Shown here: in pieces, positions 61,927-64,000 of the stretch
Layout: each line of letters opens with the position of its first letter
Numbering within the stretch: the stretch's first letter is position 1
Source: an uncultured Vicinamibacteraceae bacterium
GTDB taxonomy: Bacteria > Acidobacteriota > Vicinamibacteria > Vicinamibacterales > UBA8438
Reading direction: 5' to 3'
Length of the DNA: 64,000 nt
Assembly: GCA_964507425.1 (NCBI GenBank)
Contig: CAZDQD010000053.1
Span: 12,156-76,155 of the forward strand
Made by a program: the position numbers and the translations under genes
Notes under the pieces: model-generated
Databases searched by the model: none
What the model saw: the letters and a program-made list of their open reading frames with translations, nothing else
What the model was told of the DNA's origin: nothing

Positions 61927-62637
61927 CTAGCTAACGAGGAGAAAAACCCTGTCCCAACGAGTCCGAGTAAAAAAATGAACAAACACTGAACCAACTCGCC
62001 TAAACGTCGCACCAATGCCGGGGTCTACAAACAGTTGAGGCTCGACCGCATCATAGGACCAATATATAACCACTGCCTTCCCTTTGATGTGATCATGCGC
62101 CAACGTTCCCCAAAATCGACTATCTTCAGAGTTATCTCGATTGTCACCCATCACAAAGTAATGATCACCAGGAATAACCACGGGCGCTAGATTGTCTCGA
62201 CGATCGATCACTACTCCACCTGGAATCACACTGGTCATATGAGTCGGCAAATACGGTTCCTCAAGTGCAATCTCATCGATGTATACCGTCTTGTTACGAA
62301 TTTCTATCTGTTCTCCGGGAAGTCCGATAACACGCTTAATGAAATCCCGCTGCGGATCATTTGGAAACTTGAACACAATAACGTCACCTCGTTCAACAGT
62401 CGCGTGGGGAAGAAATGACTCGTCAACATCACCTAAGGTTGGACCAAAAACAAATTTATTGACGAGGAGGTGGTCACCCACCAACAAATTGTTTTCCATT
62501 GACCCTGTCGGAATTTTGAAAGCCTGCACAACCCACGTCCGGATAAAAAGTGCGAGGATGACCGCGATTACGATTGACTCAAAATACTCCCGGATCGTTG
62601 ATTTTCTGAACGACTGCGGCTGGCTCAACTTACTCAT
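61927..62637 (-). CDS. lepB: signal peptidase I
   Basis: [10 protein letters not shown] (catalytic Ser), KRVIGLPGE (catalytic Lys region) and [17 protein letters not shown] at 62637 overlaps the lepA stop by 8 nt. Confidence 0.9.
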   Translation of the reverse strand: MSKLSQPQSFRKSTIREYFESIVIAVILALFIRTWVVQAFKIPTGSMENNLLVGDHLLVNKFVFGPTLGDVDESFLPHATVERGDVIVFKFPNDPQRDFIKRVIGLPGEQIEIRNKTVYIDEIALEEPYLPTHMTSVIPGGVVIDRRDNLAPVVIPGDHYFVMGDNRDNSEDSRFWGTLAHDHIKGKAVVIYWSYDAVEPQLFVDPGIGATFRRVGSVFVHFFTRTRWDRVFLLVS

Positions 62638-64000
62638 CTCCCACTTTAAGTACAGCCAAAAAAGCCTCCTGAGGTATCTCCACGTTACCAACACGCTTCA
62701 TACGACGTTTACCTTCCTTCTGCTTTTCGAGCAATTTCCGCTTCCGACTAACGTCGCCGCCATAACATTTCGCAAGCACGTTCTTTCGAAGCGCTTTCAC
62801 GCTCTCACGGGCGACAATCCTCGTTCCAATGGCAGCTTGAATAGCCACCTCAAACATTTGTCTCGGGATCAACTCGCGCATTTTCCTAGCCAAAGTTCGT
62901 CCGCGAGTGTAGGCCATCTCCTTGTGAACAATAATGGACAGGGCATCAACTGGATCGCCATTAACTACAAGATCTAACTTCACCAATGGGGATTCCCAAT
63001 ACCCACTGACATGATAATCCAGCGACGCGTACCCTCTAGAGATTGTTTTTAGACGATCGTAAAAGTCCAGTACCACCTCGTTGAAGGGCAATTCATATGA
63101 AATCAAAACTCGGTGTGACGCATGATACTCAAGATTCTTTTGTATTCCCCGTTTCTCCTGACACAACTGTAAGATTCCGCCTACTTGGTCAGCCGGAGTC
63201 AAAATCATCGCGGTAATAACTGGTTCCTCTATTTTTTTGATTTTTCCGACGTCCGGAAGTTTTGCAGGACTATCCACATCGGAAACATCTCCATCCGTTG
63301 TCGTGACACGGTACAAAACACCTGGGGCTGTTGTAACCAATTCCATGTCGTATTCACGCTCCAAGCGCTCTTGCACGATTTCCATGTGGAGAAGACCGAG
63401 AAAACCGCAACGAAACCCGAATCCTAGTGCTGCGGATGTCTCGGGTTCGAAGAAAAACGACGCGTCGTTTAGCCTTAACTTTTCCAATGCTTCACGAAGA
63501 TCAGTATATTGATGGCTTTCAACTGGATAGAGCCCGGCAAAGACCATCGGCTTCATCTCTTGGAAGCCAGGCAATGGTTCCGCTGTTCGTCGCGCAGCTT
63601 CTGTAACCGTATCCCCTATTTTCGCATCCGATACATTCTTAACGTTTGCAATAAGAAAGCCGACCTCACCAACGCTAAGTTGATCAACGACTTCTGGCTT
63701 CGGGGAAAATACTCCCACTTCTTCAACCTCATAGTCCTGCGAAGCAGCCATAAAACTTACTTTCATCTTCGGCCGAACCGTGCCGTCGACAACCCGAATT
63801 AAGATAATTACGCCTCGGTAAGCGTCGTACCAAGAATCAAAAATCAACGCCTTCAGCGGAACGTCAGTATTTCCCTCTGGTGGCGGAACCCGCGCGACGA
63901 TTGCCTCGAGAACTTCTTTAGTTCCACTTCCTTCCTTTGCGCTTGCCAACAACGCCTGAGAGGGATCTAATCCAACGAGCTCTTCAATTTGTAACGCCGC
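62630..64000 (-). CDS. lepA: elongation factor 4 (LepA); N-terminus runs off the right edge of the window
   Basis: The frame stays open to 64000 ([24 protein letters not shown]...). LepA-specific C-terminal domain ...[41 protein letters not shown]. Confidence 0.95.
   Translation of the reverse strand, partial: AALQIEELVGLDPSQALLASAKEGSGTKEVLEAIVARVPPPEGNTDVPLKALIFDSWYDAYRGVIILIRVVDGTVRPKMKVSFMAASQDYEVEEVGVFSPKPEVVDQLSVGEVGFLIANVKNVSDAKIGDTVTEAARRTAEPLPGFQEMKPMVFAGLYPVESHQYTDLREALEKLRLNDASFFFEPETSAALGFGFRCGFLGLLHMEIVQERLEREYDMELVTTAPGVLYRVTTTDGDVSDVDSPAKLPDVGKIKKIEEPVITAMILTPADQVGGILQLCQEKRGIQKNLEYHASHRVLISYELPFNEVVLDFYDRLKTISRGYASLDYHVSGYWESPLVKLDLVVNGDPVDALSIIVHKEMAYTRGRTLARKMRELIPRQMFEVAIQAAIGTRIVARESVKALRKNVLAKCYGGDVSRKRKLLEKQKEGKRRMKRVGNVEIPQEAFLAVLKVGDE

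Overview
This 64 kb window is densely packed, mostly housekeeping chromosome from a diderm bacterium (LptD, Lgt/LspA, TonB-ExbB-ExbD-ExbD and SecDF are all present). GC looks roughly balanced by eye (not computed), and I cannot place the lineage from sequence alone. I can support about 65 protein genes, two tRNAs (tRNA-Ala GGC and a selenocysteine tRNA-Sec UCA), four intrinsic terminators and a few sigma70-like promoters. I saw no rRNA, CRISPR array, transposase, integrase, phage or recognisable defence genes, so this is not an obvious accessory island. I did not find a convincing novel multi-gene system. Conserved clusters are tgt-yajC-secD-secF, prfA-prmC, ileS-lspA-lgt-rluD, lepA-lepB, moaE-moaD, tonB-exbB-exbD-exbD and rpiB-glyA. 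The supplied ORF track misses two things. The first is a minus-strand AddB/RecB-like nuclease ORF of at least 919 codons (1-2757), omitted because it has no stop inside the window. The second is a pair of tandem plus-strand micro-genes (54 and 49 aa) encoding about 60 percent lysine (A-A/T-K-K-K)n proteins at 45512-45994; the track shows only their antisense FFLAAFF artefacts. Other unusual items: a single-ORF fusion of a Fur-family regulator with a complete diiron rubrerythrin-like domain; selC near Mo-cofactor and FdhE genes; a thiC leader with no THI-box I could recognise; a 16-nt direct repeat spaced exactly 50 bp in a divergent promoter region; a ridA with no canonical start codon; and a HEAT-repeat/cyclophilin lipoprotein fusion. 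Every call comes from reading and hand-translating the sequence. No database search was run.
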